Part shown: positions 13,594-26,043 of the stretch, piece by piece
Numbering within the stretch: position 1 is the first letter of the stretch
Layout: every line of letters begins with the position of its first letter
From: Lytechinus pictus
Lineage: Eukaryota
DNA: 64,000 nucleotides
Direction of reading: 5' to 3'
Assembly (NCBI RefSeq): GCF_037042905.1
Contig: NC_087245.1
Span: forward strand, 3,908,001-3,972,000
Notes under the pieces: generated by a model
Told to the model about the DNA's origin: nothing
Database searches by the model: none
Seen by the model: only the letters and a program-made list of their open reading frames with translations
Program-made: the position numbers and the translations under genes

Positions 13594-15540
13594 AGTATAC
13601 AGGGAGAATACAGTGCCTAGAGGGGTGTGTTTGGTATTAGTTGGGGAGGGGGAGTATCCAGGATCTTATGTTTTAATTTCTTCTCATCAATGTAAACAAA
13701 AGGGGGTGCAACAGGTGTTTGGTCATTATTGATGTTCCCCATCCACGACGTTTGATCAATTTTTTTCCTTATATTGATATATAATACATAGATAGAGAAT
13801 GGGTTGTAAGTTTTTATTGATTTATTCTTGGTTTGTCTACATGGGAATAAAGGAAATTTGAATTTGGATTGGGAGGGGGTATAAATCAGTTTTGAATCCT
13901 ATAGAATGAGCTGTGATATATCCAAGAAAATGATTCTAGGAGACATGAGAGTGAGGGGGAGAGAGAAAAACCTTTGACAACAGGCAGTGTAGGAAGAAAT
14001 GAAAATTGAAACAAGAAAGACGGAAGCCCGTCCAGTTTTGTTACCTTGGCTTGAATAGTATGAGTCTATATTATCCCAGGGATATGGTGGCCTATTTGTC
14101 AACGGTCCGGGTAATTCTCTGCTTTTCTTTGATTAAGTCTTGTTAATTCTACACCATGACGTCAAGGGAGTGAACCCGCTGGCCAAGAAAGTTGGTAATA
14201 TTGTCACAGCAAGGCAGGGCAGACAGAAGAATTGATTAAAAAAAGGAAAAGGGAAGGAAGGGAAATAGAGTGAGTATAGTAAAGAGAAGGCAATGCATAC
14301 TTTTCAATATATTATCTTCTACCATATATGGCAAAAGAAATAGCATCGTCGTACAATACCCAAACAGCCTTTACTAACCAGAAGGAAATTTTTTTTTTTG
14401 ACAGGATAAAGTTTCATTTCATCTCTTGTTTAGATTCTTTCATATCAATCATGTAAGTTTGGATCTCTGAATTAAAAGAAAGAAGGGACTGACACATCTC
14501 GCCTCAGTCATCCCTCAAAGCCAGAGAGAAAAGGAAAAGAAATGTCAGGAAAGTTCACATCCTATATTTTCTTCATCATCCTCAATGTCAATTTGAGTGT
14601 TTCTACCTCTGGCATTGTTCATTTCCAGGTACCCATCAATGTGTCAAGAGCAATCTTGCTGCAGATATGAAATCCAAAACCAACAATGATTTGAGAAAGG
14701 CTTCTAAGAGTACAAAAATATCAAAGTGAAAATGATGACTAATGATGTTTATACTGTTAACAAAATATTTCTAAATTTTCACTATTTGCTTCAAGAGTAA
14801 TTTCAAAATAACTTTTGTTTACTTAATGAAGCAGTTCTATAAATAAGAACCCCTCCCCCAGAAATCCCACTTTGTTGAGGTAATAGAAGTAGTCCTGCTA
14901 TTATCCATTATTGATTTTTGATTTACTGTTTAATTGTGCAATTTTTAAAGTTGTGGAGGTAGTTGGCAATGATTTGCTTACTTATTGGCTACCTTTATTT
15001 ATTTTTTTTCTTTGGGACATTAAAATGAGTGTTATTACTCATATATTTCTCTCAACCTGTACCAAAGTAAAAGTTTTAAGAAAAGTAAATGCTTATGTAT
15101 TGATTTGACCCTTATAGGTCCTTTACAATTAAGATGAAATACACTGATTGTTTGGTTGGGAGCAAATCCATAGGTAGATTTTTAAGATTAAAATTTTAAA
15201 TTTTCTACATTTAGATTGGGTTGTAATCACAGTCCTTTGAAAATATAATTCATCTAAACATTTTTCATACTCCAATCACAATATGATATTAAAGACAAAA
15301 CAGTAATTTCCTGCTTGATGGTAAAATGTGCATCCTGTGAACATTGATATCAGTGCATTATCAAAACGTAACCTGACATATCAGGAGGATACGTGATTAT
15401 GTATGATTTTCTACTTTGGCCAAGAAGATCAAACAAGGTTTAGTATCAAAATTATAAGTCAAAATATCCGTAAAGAGAATCCTCTGATTGGTAGGAGTCA
15501 ATTCCAACAAATTTTCATCTTTCCACAATCAATTTGATTT

Positions 15541-15808
15541 TTACCTTGTGAGCTTTCGCCTACTTGTTTCTGCAGGCTTCTTCAGACTAACGCTGACTTG
15601 ACGTAGATGGGGTAGTATTAGCAGCGCGGAAGATTGTGAGAATGGGAATGAACGTAGTATAAAGTTTGTATTGTCCAGCGTCTCTGTTCATAGAATGTGC
15701 CTGGTTCTTCTGGATGTGAATGGCCTTCCTAATCCATCTTGTGTATTTATTGTCATCTCTAACTAGGATCCAGCTCTTGTTTCAATTTATCGAGTGGTTC
15801 CTTTGGGG
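15541..15808 (-). mobile_element. Penelope-like retroelement 3' fragment (C-terminal part of GIY-YIG endonuclease), pseudogenised
   Basis: Minus frame 15799->15587 translates NHSIN*NKSWILVRDDNKYTRWIRKAIHIQKNQAHSMNRDAGQYKLYTTFIPIL...*. This matches the Penelope endonuclease C-terminal pattern H.I.W...IL...R.I.EAI.I...MNRD.G.Y.L. One in-frame TGA replaces the conserved Trp. Confidence 0.8.
15548..15587 (-). ncRNA. Minimal type I hammerhead ribozyme motif (Penelope-associated)
   Basis: Minus strand GT-CTGAAGA-A-GCCTGC-AGAAACAA-GTAGGC-GAAA-GC-TC-AC: CUGANGA box, 6-bp stem II, GAAA box, palindromic minimal stem III and a UC cleavage site. Stem I is very short. Confidence 0.65.
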
Positions 15809-16744
15809 CTTAGTAAAAATATTTTGCTTTTAACTAATCACTTCTTCCTTGTTTGAAATAGAGGTCTAAAGGAGGTGAAGGATATCTTTGAGAGATAATG
15901 GAAGCATTTTTAACTAGGTCAAGTTCATTGCCATGGTTTCCTGGGATTTAAGTCTGATGTGATTCTTCTCGTTTGGAGGCTATACACCTGTACAGGTTTA
16001 GTTTAAGATGTTTCCTTAGGAATGAAGATCAAGAGAAAGGATGTAATTGAGATGGAGAAAGAGAGCAACAAGGCAAAAAGAAAATTTCCTTGGCTGTAGA
16101 AGATATAGTTTATCTTTGATTGGGAGTGAAGGGTTTTGCTTTGAGATGATAGGAACATTCTAGGTCAAGATCATTGTCTGGGACAGGAAGATCCATGGGC
16201 TGGGGTCTTTTTCTGTTGGTCTTGAGGCCATATCACCAGTGCAGTTTTATCTTATTGACTCTGCAGGAAGGGTGTAAGTTTGGTGGAAAACATGAATTGA
16301 TGGTATGAAATGAAGTAGTAAAGGAGAAAGGTAAAAAGACAAGTCAAATAAATGTTTTTAAACAAGGGATAAAAGAGATCAGGCTAAAATAAGAAAGTTG
16401 AGCAGAGTAATATAAGAAGTTCACAAAGTTATGTGATGTATGTATTCAAAAATACAACAGAATAATGAGAAATGAAATTTGAAGGGGAGTGATAGAGTTA
16501 TAGATTTAAGGATCTGATGGCCAGGTAATAATATAGCTTTAAAAGGCTTAAAAATGTCGTTCTGATGAATTAAGTGCCATATAAATGTGAAATATTATTA
16601 TTATCAGGTCAATGACTAATAAATATGTATCAGAGAAGAGATTTGAGAGAGTGAGAACGGGCAGGTAGAGATAAATGATGAATATGAATAAAGCTTTTTC
16701 TTTACCCTATTGTGCTAGTCCTATTTATTTGTTTTATACACTAG

Positions 16745-16963
16745 ATACATGTATATTATTTGCCGAAGAGCATGATTTGTAAACTTACTATTTAAACGTT
16801 TTTTTCATGCTATCAATTATGATTATGTATATTGTAGGATAAGAGCTCCACGTCCCACTAGCAATACTTGCTATTTACCTATGACGTATATATGACAATT
16901 TACCCTGTATCAATGTATTTTGACATTATTTGGTAATAAATTCAGTTTAGTTCAGTTCAGTTT
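16745..16963 (+). mobile_element. Possible LINE 3'-UTR remnant
   Basis: The segment ends in AATAAA followed by a (TTCAG)n-like tail, typical of CR1/L2-type 3' ends. No coding remnant is seen. Confidence 0.3.
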
Positions 16964-18735
16964 AAATATTATTGTATCTGTTTGGCATCTTGGTGAGATA
17001 TGAACTCATTATTCCATTAAGGCAAAAATAGAGCTTGAGATTTCTATTTATTCATTTCAATATAAAAGAGTGGTAGAAAGTATAATCAGTGAGTTTGTAC
17101 TGATGTTTATATTGTATTTTTTATTTTTTTTCTTATATGTATTGTAAAGTGACCTTGATAAGCTTCACCCTTGCAGACAGCTAACCCTTTAAAATGGATG
17201 TAGAAATCAATTTCACCTTGCACGATGCCTCATAATGCCTCCGATGGGATCTCTGCCCTCTGTCCCACCTGGCGCCTGATGAAAGCAGATCTGCCGAAAT
17301 GTCAACCGGCCTTGTCCATGGCCTCTCTAAGACACCTCTTAACGAGGCGTCTAGAGTCTGCGGCCAAACACCAAGGTCTTTCATTTCTGTACGTCCGCCA
17401 GCCCACTTAAGACAGCCCCTGTCCTCGACCACAGCGTCTAGCTTTACACGTGTGAGGGCGAGACACAATGTCGCCATCGTGTGCCAAGGCCTATTGACGG
17501 GACTGCCTGTAGAAGAAGTGTTAAGAGAGGAGAAGTAATTGTAAACACATTGTAAACAAGCATCTGTGTGTTTAACTTTTCAGCTGATGCTTGAGTGAAA
17601 GTGAGAGAGATTGCGATAGAGAAACAAACATAGAGATGTAATGATGTAGAAAGAGAGACGGACATAGATGGAAAGACAGGGAGAGAAAGAGAGAGAGGGG
17701 GTAGAGGGAAAACTGAAGATTGAATACCATGCAGATATGATTGTGACTTGGATGGATTTATTCAAAGTGACTAGATGATGGAAAAGGAGGAGAAGGGAAA
17801 TTCCCTTTCTTCTCGATGGGGTAGAGAGTACGCAAGCCTGATAAAAGTATTTTGAACTCTTTTTAAGATACACTACATAATACAATATAAGCAAACTGGA
17901 TTAATAAACGTTTGTGTATAAAACCAAGCATTCGGACAAAGGGTTGTATGGATAAAGAAAACTGAATTGAATATATTCATTAAAACTACTTAGCTACCTC
18001 TATTACTCTAATGAGAGCAAATCTTTTTGTTTTAGCTCACTTTTACATTTCTCCCTTTTGAGTCTGTTGTTTTCATAACTCAAAATTTAAAAGTAGGTTT
18101 TGATTGAACAAACATTTTTTATTTGTATTTTTGAATTGTTTAGGAAAGTGACCAAAAGGAACTCAAAATTTCAAGCAGTAATTGTGCATGTGCAATTATC
18201 TCAACTTTGTAAAGGATGAAACTATTTTATCCTGTTACTTGTACATGTATATATTTCCCTTCATAAAAAAAAAAAGAGTGAGTATTTATCATCTGGTATG
18301 TTTGTTTGAATGGAGTTGATGAGAGAAGACTGGGTAGAAATGTTAATAAAGACTGTTTAGGATAGATTGTAGAATGTTTGGATTATGTGAATTGAAATGT
18401 CATGACAGAATGGGATTAAGAGGATTGGTATTATTTACCATGCAAGACTATGATACTCTTGGGTATGGGATGGAAAGTTAAGTATGGGTGATAAGAATGA
18501 GAGAAGAAGAGAGAGATAGAGACAATTTGGTACTGCATTCGCTCTTTTGAGCATTTACAATTAAAAATGCCGGGCCTAGCCCGGGCTCATCCTGGCTTAC
18601 TTTCAGTGTAAACAGGGTTGAAAAGACTGATTCGACAAGGAATCAAGGGGGGGGGGATGGAGGGTCAGGGGAGAGAAGAAAGGAGAAAAATGCCTACAAG
18701 GAAAGGAAATGAATGAAATACAGTATATATTGGGA

Positions 18736-18878
<143 letters not shown>

Positions 18879-19404
18879 ATCAATAGGTAATATTCTCTCG
18901 CCTTCAATAGTCTATCTTACCTGTCCAATATCAAGAAAACATGTTATATAGAATCCAGAAAAAATGAAGTATTTAAATATGGCTAGAGATATTGTTTGTT
19001 AGCAGTAATTAATAAATGAATTATGATGTATGTCTCTGTATGAATTTCCAACTTGCAGAAACTTGGTACAAAAGTATTTCTGGTACAAAAAATAGTATTA
19101 CCTGTGAGGAAAATTTCTTCTTACATTTACAGGAAACAAAAAACAACCAAGATATTTGCAGTATGTGTGAACTCACTTTGAAAAGTGACTTCATTAGAAT
19201 ATTAGATAATTAGGAATAAATCAAATGGGGGGGGGGGTTATATGTGCATGTATTTCGTGCTCCATGTTTATTTGTGCATTGTATAATTGAAGAGTACTCT
19301 TTTATTGCATATTCTGTGCCTGTATCTTTAAAATTCATTGTGCGAAGCGATGTTTCTTTGATATCAAATGACGATTCTTGGTTTCACGTTTCTGATCCTT
19401 GTAG

Positions 19405-19569
19405 ACTTGGAGAGCCATGAGAAACAAAATCGTGCAGCGGCGACGGCTGCAGCCTGCATTGACCCTTGAAGGCAGTCTGTGGTCATGTTCATACCAGGAA
19501 TATAATCATGTCCAAAATTGTATTCTCGGTCGTGTTTTGTCAGAAGCAGTTGAATATGTCTTGCAGGAG
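19405..19569 (+). CDS. Candidate alternative (cassette or first coding) exon TWRAMRNKIVQRRRLQPALTL...EYVLQE
   Basis: Acceptor TTTCACGTTTCTGATCCTTGTAG, 165 nt fully open in phase 0-0, an internal GCCATGA start at 19417, and a moderate donor GAG|GTATTT. No homology recognised. Confidence 0.35.
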
Positions 19570-19946
19570 GTATTTAGAATAATTTTTTGTCATTATTATA
19601 GAACTGGTAAAGGATTGTAAACTGGTATACTTAAGCTAATGGCAAATTTTATTGAATTAGTTTTAAAATTGAAAATCACCATGTGATATGTATGTGTTAC
19701 AGGGTTTACATGTGCATTAAATTGTATTTGGAGATGTATTGAATGCACCTTTATGAGGTTTGTTGGATCCCATGAGGTTATCCTGAGGTAAGGTATCTGG
19801 ATGAAGGGGTTTTTAATTAGATTGGAAAGTCTTCAAGGATATGTTCACATGACCATTCTATCTGGTTTACTCTGTTCTTATCAACTAGAGACAAGTTAAA
19901 ACAATTCTCACATTTTTTTCATTACACCCATTTCTCTTTTTCTATG

Positions 19947-20229
19947 ATAATAATATGTATTTATATTGCACCATTTATTTAGAAATAAACTATTCTGAGG
20001 CGCGTTGTTATTGTTATTATTACCCCATCTATAAGCTAGAGCTGCCTTCCAGCGCTCAGTGCATTTCAAAGAATTAATCCCACTGGATACTCATTCATCT
20101 CACCTGGGTTGAGTGCAGCACAATATGGGTAAATTTCTTGCTGAAGGAAAGCACGCCATGGCTGGGATTTGAATGCATGTTCCTCTGATTGAGAGATGAG
20201 AGTTGTAACCACCTGACCATGATGCCCCC
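19947..20229 (-). mobile_element. tRNA-derived SINE, older copy
   Basis: Head and core align by eye with the 13099-13427 copy (AAATTTCTTGCTGAAGGAAA, GAGTGCAGCACA, CCATGGCT.GGATT.GAA). The 3' tail differs. Confidence 0.8.
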
Positions 20230-21329
20230 ATCTATCTACTCTACATGATAGTGTAGTCTTTATTTCCCTCTGAATAATTTCTTTGTTTACATGTTAGGAC
20301 TGTCTTGTATCTATTTGCCTGTCAAAATCAATCTTTCTTTAGTGTCATTATCAACTTTTGTTTTTCTATTTATACTTCTTTCTTTTCTCCTATATCTTGC
20401 CTCATCTCCCTATCATATACGCCCCCCTTTCCTGTCTCTGTAATTCATCTTGTCATCTGACCATAATAGTGTTTTTCAACTAGATATAAGGCCCTTGCAC
20501 TTTTGAATGTTCCTTTTACCTGTCCAAACGAATTTCTCATTGTCACTTTTCACTCAGGGTTTTGAGTAGTGTGACAAGAATTCATGTTGTAATCCCATAC
20601 ATCAGATATAATTCTATCATATGCTTCTTATATTCTTGTATATGTCTCAGTATCAGATCAATGCTTTAGTCCCAAATGTAACTTTTCTTGTCAGGAGAGT
20701 GACAGTATACTTCCTGCCAAGCATTCTGGTCCCCCCTCCCTCTCTCTCTCTCTCTCTCTTATTTCCTTTTCTCTCCATAAAAACTCTACATTTCTTTCCT
20801 CTCACATATTTTTCCCTGGATATTTTTTCTTGGATATTTTTTTTGCTTCTGGAGCTATACCTATTCAGTAATATTACTTTCAGTGTTTAATTGATTTTTT
20901 TTTTAAATGATGGTGTGTATATTTTATATGTGCACTTAGTATAGATTTAATTGCTGTACATGTAGGTTAAGTTTATCATAAAATAGACAGGTGATATTTT
21001 AACTGAACAAAATTTTCAGCTTATTTACTGCAGGATATCAGATGTTTGTTACTTGAGAGTAGAATATACAAGCATAACCTCTATCTATTTTTATATCACT
21101 TTATATTTCAACACAGTTCTCAACAGCTTAATTTCCCAGGTAAAAGTTGTGATGTACCTGTATTGATTTACTATATATTTTTTCCTCTTCAGCTCCTCCT
21201 TTTTCTTTCTCTGTCTCTCCATGTCTGTCTCTCCCTCTCCTTTCCTCTCTTTTTAATGAGTTTTTCATCACATCTACAATGTACCAACACGAAGCTCCAT
21301 TGATTCTTCTTGTCACAACGCACAAACAC

Positions 21330-21839
21330 ACGGTGATGATATAAATAGGACTCCTTTCTCAATGAATCTCACTCTCTCTCTGCAATCCGGTCGAGCTAGA
21401 GCACGGCTCACATCCTCCGTGCCTGGCTACATCCGTTTAACTTCCCTCCTCTCTCTCTTTCCTCTTCTCTTTATTCTTCCTCCAAATGTATATGCTCTCG
21501 ACTGACAGAGGATGCCCAGTGTTAAACGCCATGTTATCGTGGGCCTGGAAAAGTAAATATTGTACACATGGAGTCTGATATTGTCAAAACTTTGAATGGA
21601 GGGATTGCCTTGGTATACCTGTGGAATACTATAGCTATCAAATATTTGTTATTGGATGTTTGATCGATACTATTCATGAATCGGGTCTCACTTTAATCAC
21701 CAAGTACTTTAAATGAATGAATTGTGTACCATATCATTGACCTTGAATGGAAAACCATATATGTGGATAATCTACAAGGATTGTTATATTGGAATCTTAC
21801 TTTCTATTGTGATCGGTTCAGAAATAAAGTTGGCCTACT
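21330..21839 (+). promoter_or_regulatory. Candidate promoter and 5' leader of the MALRRTFK exon
   Basis: TATAAATA at 21340-21347, CT-rich tracts and local CpG enrichment (21385-21540) directly upstream of an ATG exon with a perfect donor. The TSS cannot be determined from sequence. Confidence 0.45.
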
Positions 21840-21863
21840 ATGGCACTGAGGCGTACCTTTAAG
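21840..21863 (+). CDS. Candidate first coding exon (MALRRTFK) of the NCKAP5-like gene
   Basis: ACTATGG start context, 8 codons, perfect donor AAG|GTAAGT, and phase 0 compatible with exon 61869. Confidence 0.6.
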
Positions 21864-23521
21864 GTAAGTACATTTCTAACTTGATCATATATATGGTCCT
21901 GAATTTCTACTTTTTGGTTTTAATTCAATGGACAACAGTAAAAGATTTCCTTGTCGTCATTTTCATGAAAACAGCAAAATTGATAGGTCAACAATTTGTT
22001 GTTCATCAGTTGCCAACGATACTAGTTACTTTTTACAGGTCATTGTAAGGACCAGGAGGAGGACAGAAGAAATGTTTCTTGTATACTCCCTTCTTTGAAG
22101 TACATACCCTATGGTTGTAGATTATTTGCTTCAAACTGCAAGTATTTTACAAAAATGTCTTGGTGAGATATGAAGTAAGTACTTCTTCAGTACTGAAAAG
22201 AAAATAGTGAGGCTTATTGAAATAGAGAAAAAAATAAGAGAAAGCAAGAAAGAGAAAGAGAGACAGTGGCAGAGTGAGAGAGAGAGAGGGAGATTTTGGA
22301 TTTTGCATAATGATGGTCAATTCACAATTACTGTAAATTGGAATTCAAGAAAGGTTTTATTGGGAATTACTTTTGTGAATGGCTAGTTGATTCTAATACT
22401 AGTTATGGACAATTAATATACAACAGAATGTATGCATTTACAGGTAGATTCTTAGTTTGAAGTCCATTGACACTTATCCTCCTCTCCATCACCTCCTGTC
22501 GTAAAGCATATAAATATTGTATTGGACAACCTCTTTAATAGCTGATCAAAGAGGTCAAATGCATCCTTTAATCCATCAATAATTGATGTCTTACCTTTTG
22601 AGCTTGACTAATGGCATGTTTGCATACCTGACATCAAAGATGCTTACTGCCAAGCGAGCGTTTAGAGAGTTAGACACCGGTGGCATTAGGGATCAATTGA
22701 AGGAAAATGTTTCTCCTTGCAGTAGATCAGCTGGCAGGTTTTCAAGGTCATTACATTCAGATTTCTCAAGAGTGAAGGAGACAGGATTTAATGGAAGAGC
22801 ACAAGGGGGTGGTAAGTTGGGTAAAGATTGGAGTAAATGGTTAAAGGGGAGAGAAATTGAAGGAATATAGGAGGGGAAAGTGGTTGAATAGAGGGAAAGA
22901 ATTAGAGAAGGAGAGAGATAAAGAAGGGAGGGGCAGTATTCTTAATAGGTTGAGGGGAGAAGACCAAGTTCTGTTTATCCAGGATTAAGAAACCTATTCT
23001 ATATCCCAGTGTGAGAATATTAGTATTTTTTCAGAAAAAACTTAGCTCAGTACTATATCTGGGGATGAAAGTCCCTTGTTTGATATAAAGGTGAATAGTT
23101 TTGACAACATTTTTGATGCAATTGACATTCCATTTTTGTTATAAATGTTTGTCTTTGAAATAAAATACCTGTTCTCCACAAAGTGATAAGACAAAGTGTA
23201 TTTCATGCTCATGTTGCCTGAATGAAGAGGTTCCTATAATAAAAAAAAGAAAATGTTTTTGTCATCAACTTTACTGGTATTTGAGTGATGCCATGGTTCA
23301 GATTAGCTTGAATGTTTCAGACTGTCAGGCCGTGTTGTACATAAGAAAGCTTGAATCCTAAAACTGTTCCTAAGTTCTTTAATCTAGCTCACATAATTAT
23401 CTCCCCTAACTTCTAATTATGAGTAAAGAGTGAAGACACATATTTCAAGAAATTTATGATATCTATATAAGATATGAAGTCACTGAAATTAGATATTAAG
23501 AAATAAATGATTTTCCAAGTA

Positions 23522-23571
23522 AGAGAGAGAGAGAGGGTGGAGAGCAAGTGGGGGAGAAGGGGGAGAGAAAG

Positions 23572-23602
<31 letters not shown>

Positions 23603-23616
23603 AAAAAAAAAGAGAA
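23522..23616. repeat. Purine-rich (GA)n/(GAAA)n tract
   Basis: Direct reading of the sequence. Confidence 0.85.
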
Positions 23617-24456
23617 AGGGGGGGTCAGAAAATAAAGAACAGTAAAGTCCTTTAAAGGAGGCTGTGCAGAACCTGTTAAAAATAATTTGTTTTTTAGATG
23701 CAACTGTTAATGAGAATCTTAAATGGAGGTATTGTAATCGCTCACAACTTTGTGTACGTACTTCACACACCATAATGAGATAGTGGAATGCAGTAATAAA
23801 TAATTTCCCCTTCCATAATTTGGTTCCAAAATCAAATCTGCAACTCTTCATGCCAAGCGATTGTTACGGAATCCACAGCAGCATTCTATAGTGTAAGCGC
23901 ATTGCGATGTAGGAGACAGAAGTCTTGCTGGATGTTTACAGATTGAATTAGTGGTCAATTTGAGGGGGATTGCTGCCCCCTTCAGCGTGTTGCAAAGTTT
24001 GATACCGTAGCTTGCAGGCTCTTTCCTTTGTTTCTCTTTTAAACACTGCAGAACTAATTTCTTGCGTAAGTAGGCACATCAATCAGCGTTGTTGTATAGT
24101 TCGTATTCAGGCTGATAATCCTCTTTTCTGAGATGTTCTGCTATTTTTTTAAACAATTTCATCTTTTCTGTTCTGTCTAAACTCTGTTTTTCATCTTTTA
24201 TCCTTTGGAAGCAATTCATTTGTCATTGTATATAAAACAATTCAAATAATTGCAAAGAGCAACTGAAAAAGGAAATACAAAAGGATTTTATGCTAAATAT
24301 TTGTCTTAGCTCTGTCACTTATATTTTGTTAGTATAGAGACATACCTACTTGATTGTAAATCCAAGTATTAAAAAAAGGGGAAAATCATCCTTTGATTTT
24401 CAAAAATTATATATATATATATATTTGGTAGATATTCCACGTGTTGAAGTAATATT

Positions 24457-24638
24457 AAGAGAAACAAGGTTGAAACTTTCATGCTTTAATCCAACAAAAT
24501 TTATTGAAGTCCACAAATTTTCGATGAGTACATACCGTCTTTATCACTTGATAAAGACGGTATGTACTCATCAAAAATGTGTAGACTTCAATAAATTTTG
24601 TTGGATTAAAGCATGAAAGTTTCAACCTTGTTTCTCTT
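24457..24638. repeat. 182-bp near-perfect palindrome flanked by (TA)n
   Basis: 90-bp arms, a 2-nt spacer (CT, 24547-24548) and 3 mismatches. (TA)n runs lie at ~24408-24424 and ~24640-24670. Confidence 0.95.
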
Positions 24639-24639
24639 T

Positions 24640-24671
<32 letters not shown>

Positions 24672-25382
24672 CATATTTCAAAGAAAAAAAAGATGGAGAA
24701 AAAAGTCAATATGACTTGTTGAAAGATAAAAGAAGAACCCCCTTTCTATTTCTGACAAAACTCAAGTTGTATTGATTTTTGCAACAATTTCGAAATTATT
24801 AAGATGTCCTTGCTTGAACTCAACTAAGGTTAAAACTAATACAGCATCCTGTTGAAATGCTTATCCCATTTATTACTCACTCATGTGTAGAAATCCAATT
24901 CTTTTGTGTCACTGGGCAGTGAAATTCTTATTGATTTTTGACTAGTGTAAAAATTAAAACTCAGAGAGGAATGACCTCTTTCCAACCAAAAGGATGGATG
25001 CACCTATCCTCTTTAAAATCCTTCACAATTTCTACGTAATGAGCTAAATTTGACCCGATTCTGAAGCGGAAGAAACAACGCGGCTTATCCCCTTTATACA
25101 TCAATGATGTTAAACTTTAATTAAAGAATTAGAATTGTATTGCACTTTTATTGGTTGGGGATGATGCTGTACTGTAGCAAACTTGCTTATAGTGTGTTTT
25201 TATTGAGTTGAATTGAAGGTCATGGATTCATTATTTCATGGGTTCAGGATGAATGTGTGCTTAGTTTTGGTGAATGAAATTATGTTTAAAGTTTCATGTT
25301 TATGGCATTGATATTGTTGTGATATAGGTGATGACGACTACAATGGTGATGATGATGGAGAGGGTAATGATGATATTAACCA

Positions 25383-25915
25383 ATTATTTACCCAGTGTAG
25401 CTACTTTGGGTTTATCTGCTCTACCAGCGGGCCCTGCATAACATAATATGTTTACCCTTCTCCAATCTAAATGCTGAGCGCCTAACAAGAAGGCAGAAGG
25501 TCCCTTTTTTAAGTTACATATATATAGCACTTCATAACGTTGGTTTCTAAGTGCTTTACATTGTAATTATTATTACCCTGGTCATATAGAATCCATCTCT
25601 ATTCCACACATAAAGTGCACCATCTCCGCTCTCGAAGGAGTATCCTGGCCAGGCAACCGTTTACGGTGCACATGTGCCAATCTAATCACATCCTACCTGG
25701 TACCCATTTAACACCTGGGTAGAGAGTGACAAATGTGGATAAGTGCTTTGCCAAAGGACGTCAGCGCTGGGTGGGATTCGAACCTTGACCCTTGGTTTAA
25801 GAGTCAAGTGACTGAACCACTACACCACAACACCTCCACACAAAGTCTCACCTCCACATAAGTCTTTGATGTGACTCGACCATTCATGAGGCAGGCTCTA
25901 TACCACTGAGCCACC
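25383..25915 (-). mobile_element. SINE of a second family (host), interrupted by a nested SINE
   Basis: Segments 25383-25514 and ~25860-25915 join across AAGT. The minus-strand head is GGTGGCTCAGTGGTATAGAGC (A box). The tail CTACCAGCGGGCCCTGC (plus-strand reading) is shared with the 13099 copy. Confidence 0.65.
25515..25836 (-). mobile_element. tRNA-derived SINE nested in another SINE
   Basis: Minus-strand head GAGGTGTTGTGGTGTAGTGG...GGTTCGAATCCCACC and core GTCCTTTGGCAAAGCACTTATCCACATTTGTCACTCTC...CAGGTGTTAAATGGGTACC, as in the 4376 copy. Confidence 0.8.
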
Positions 25916-26043
25916 ATGGTAATAATGAAGAAAAAGATGATGGTGGTGGTGAAACTGGCGATGGTGAAGCTGATGATGATAATGATGATGATGAAGATGG
26001 TGATGGTGATGGTGAAAATGATAGAAAAGATGATGATGATGAT
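25916..26043. repeat. Degenerate (GAT/GGT)n microsatellite
   Basis: Direct reading. It explains the Met-rich spurious ORF. Confidence 0.85.
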
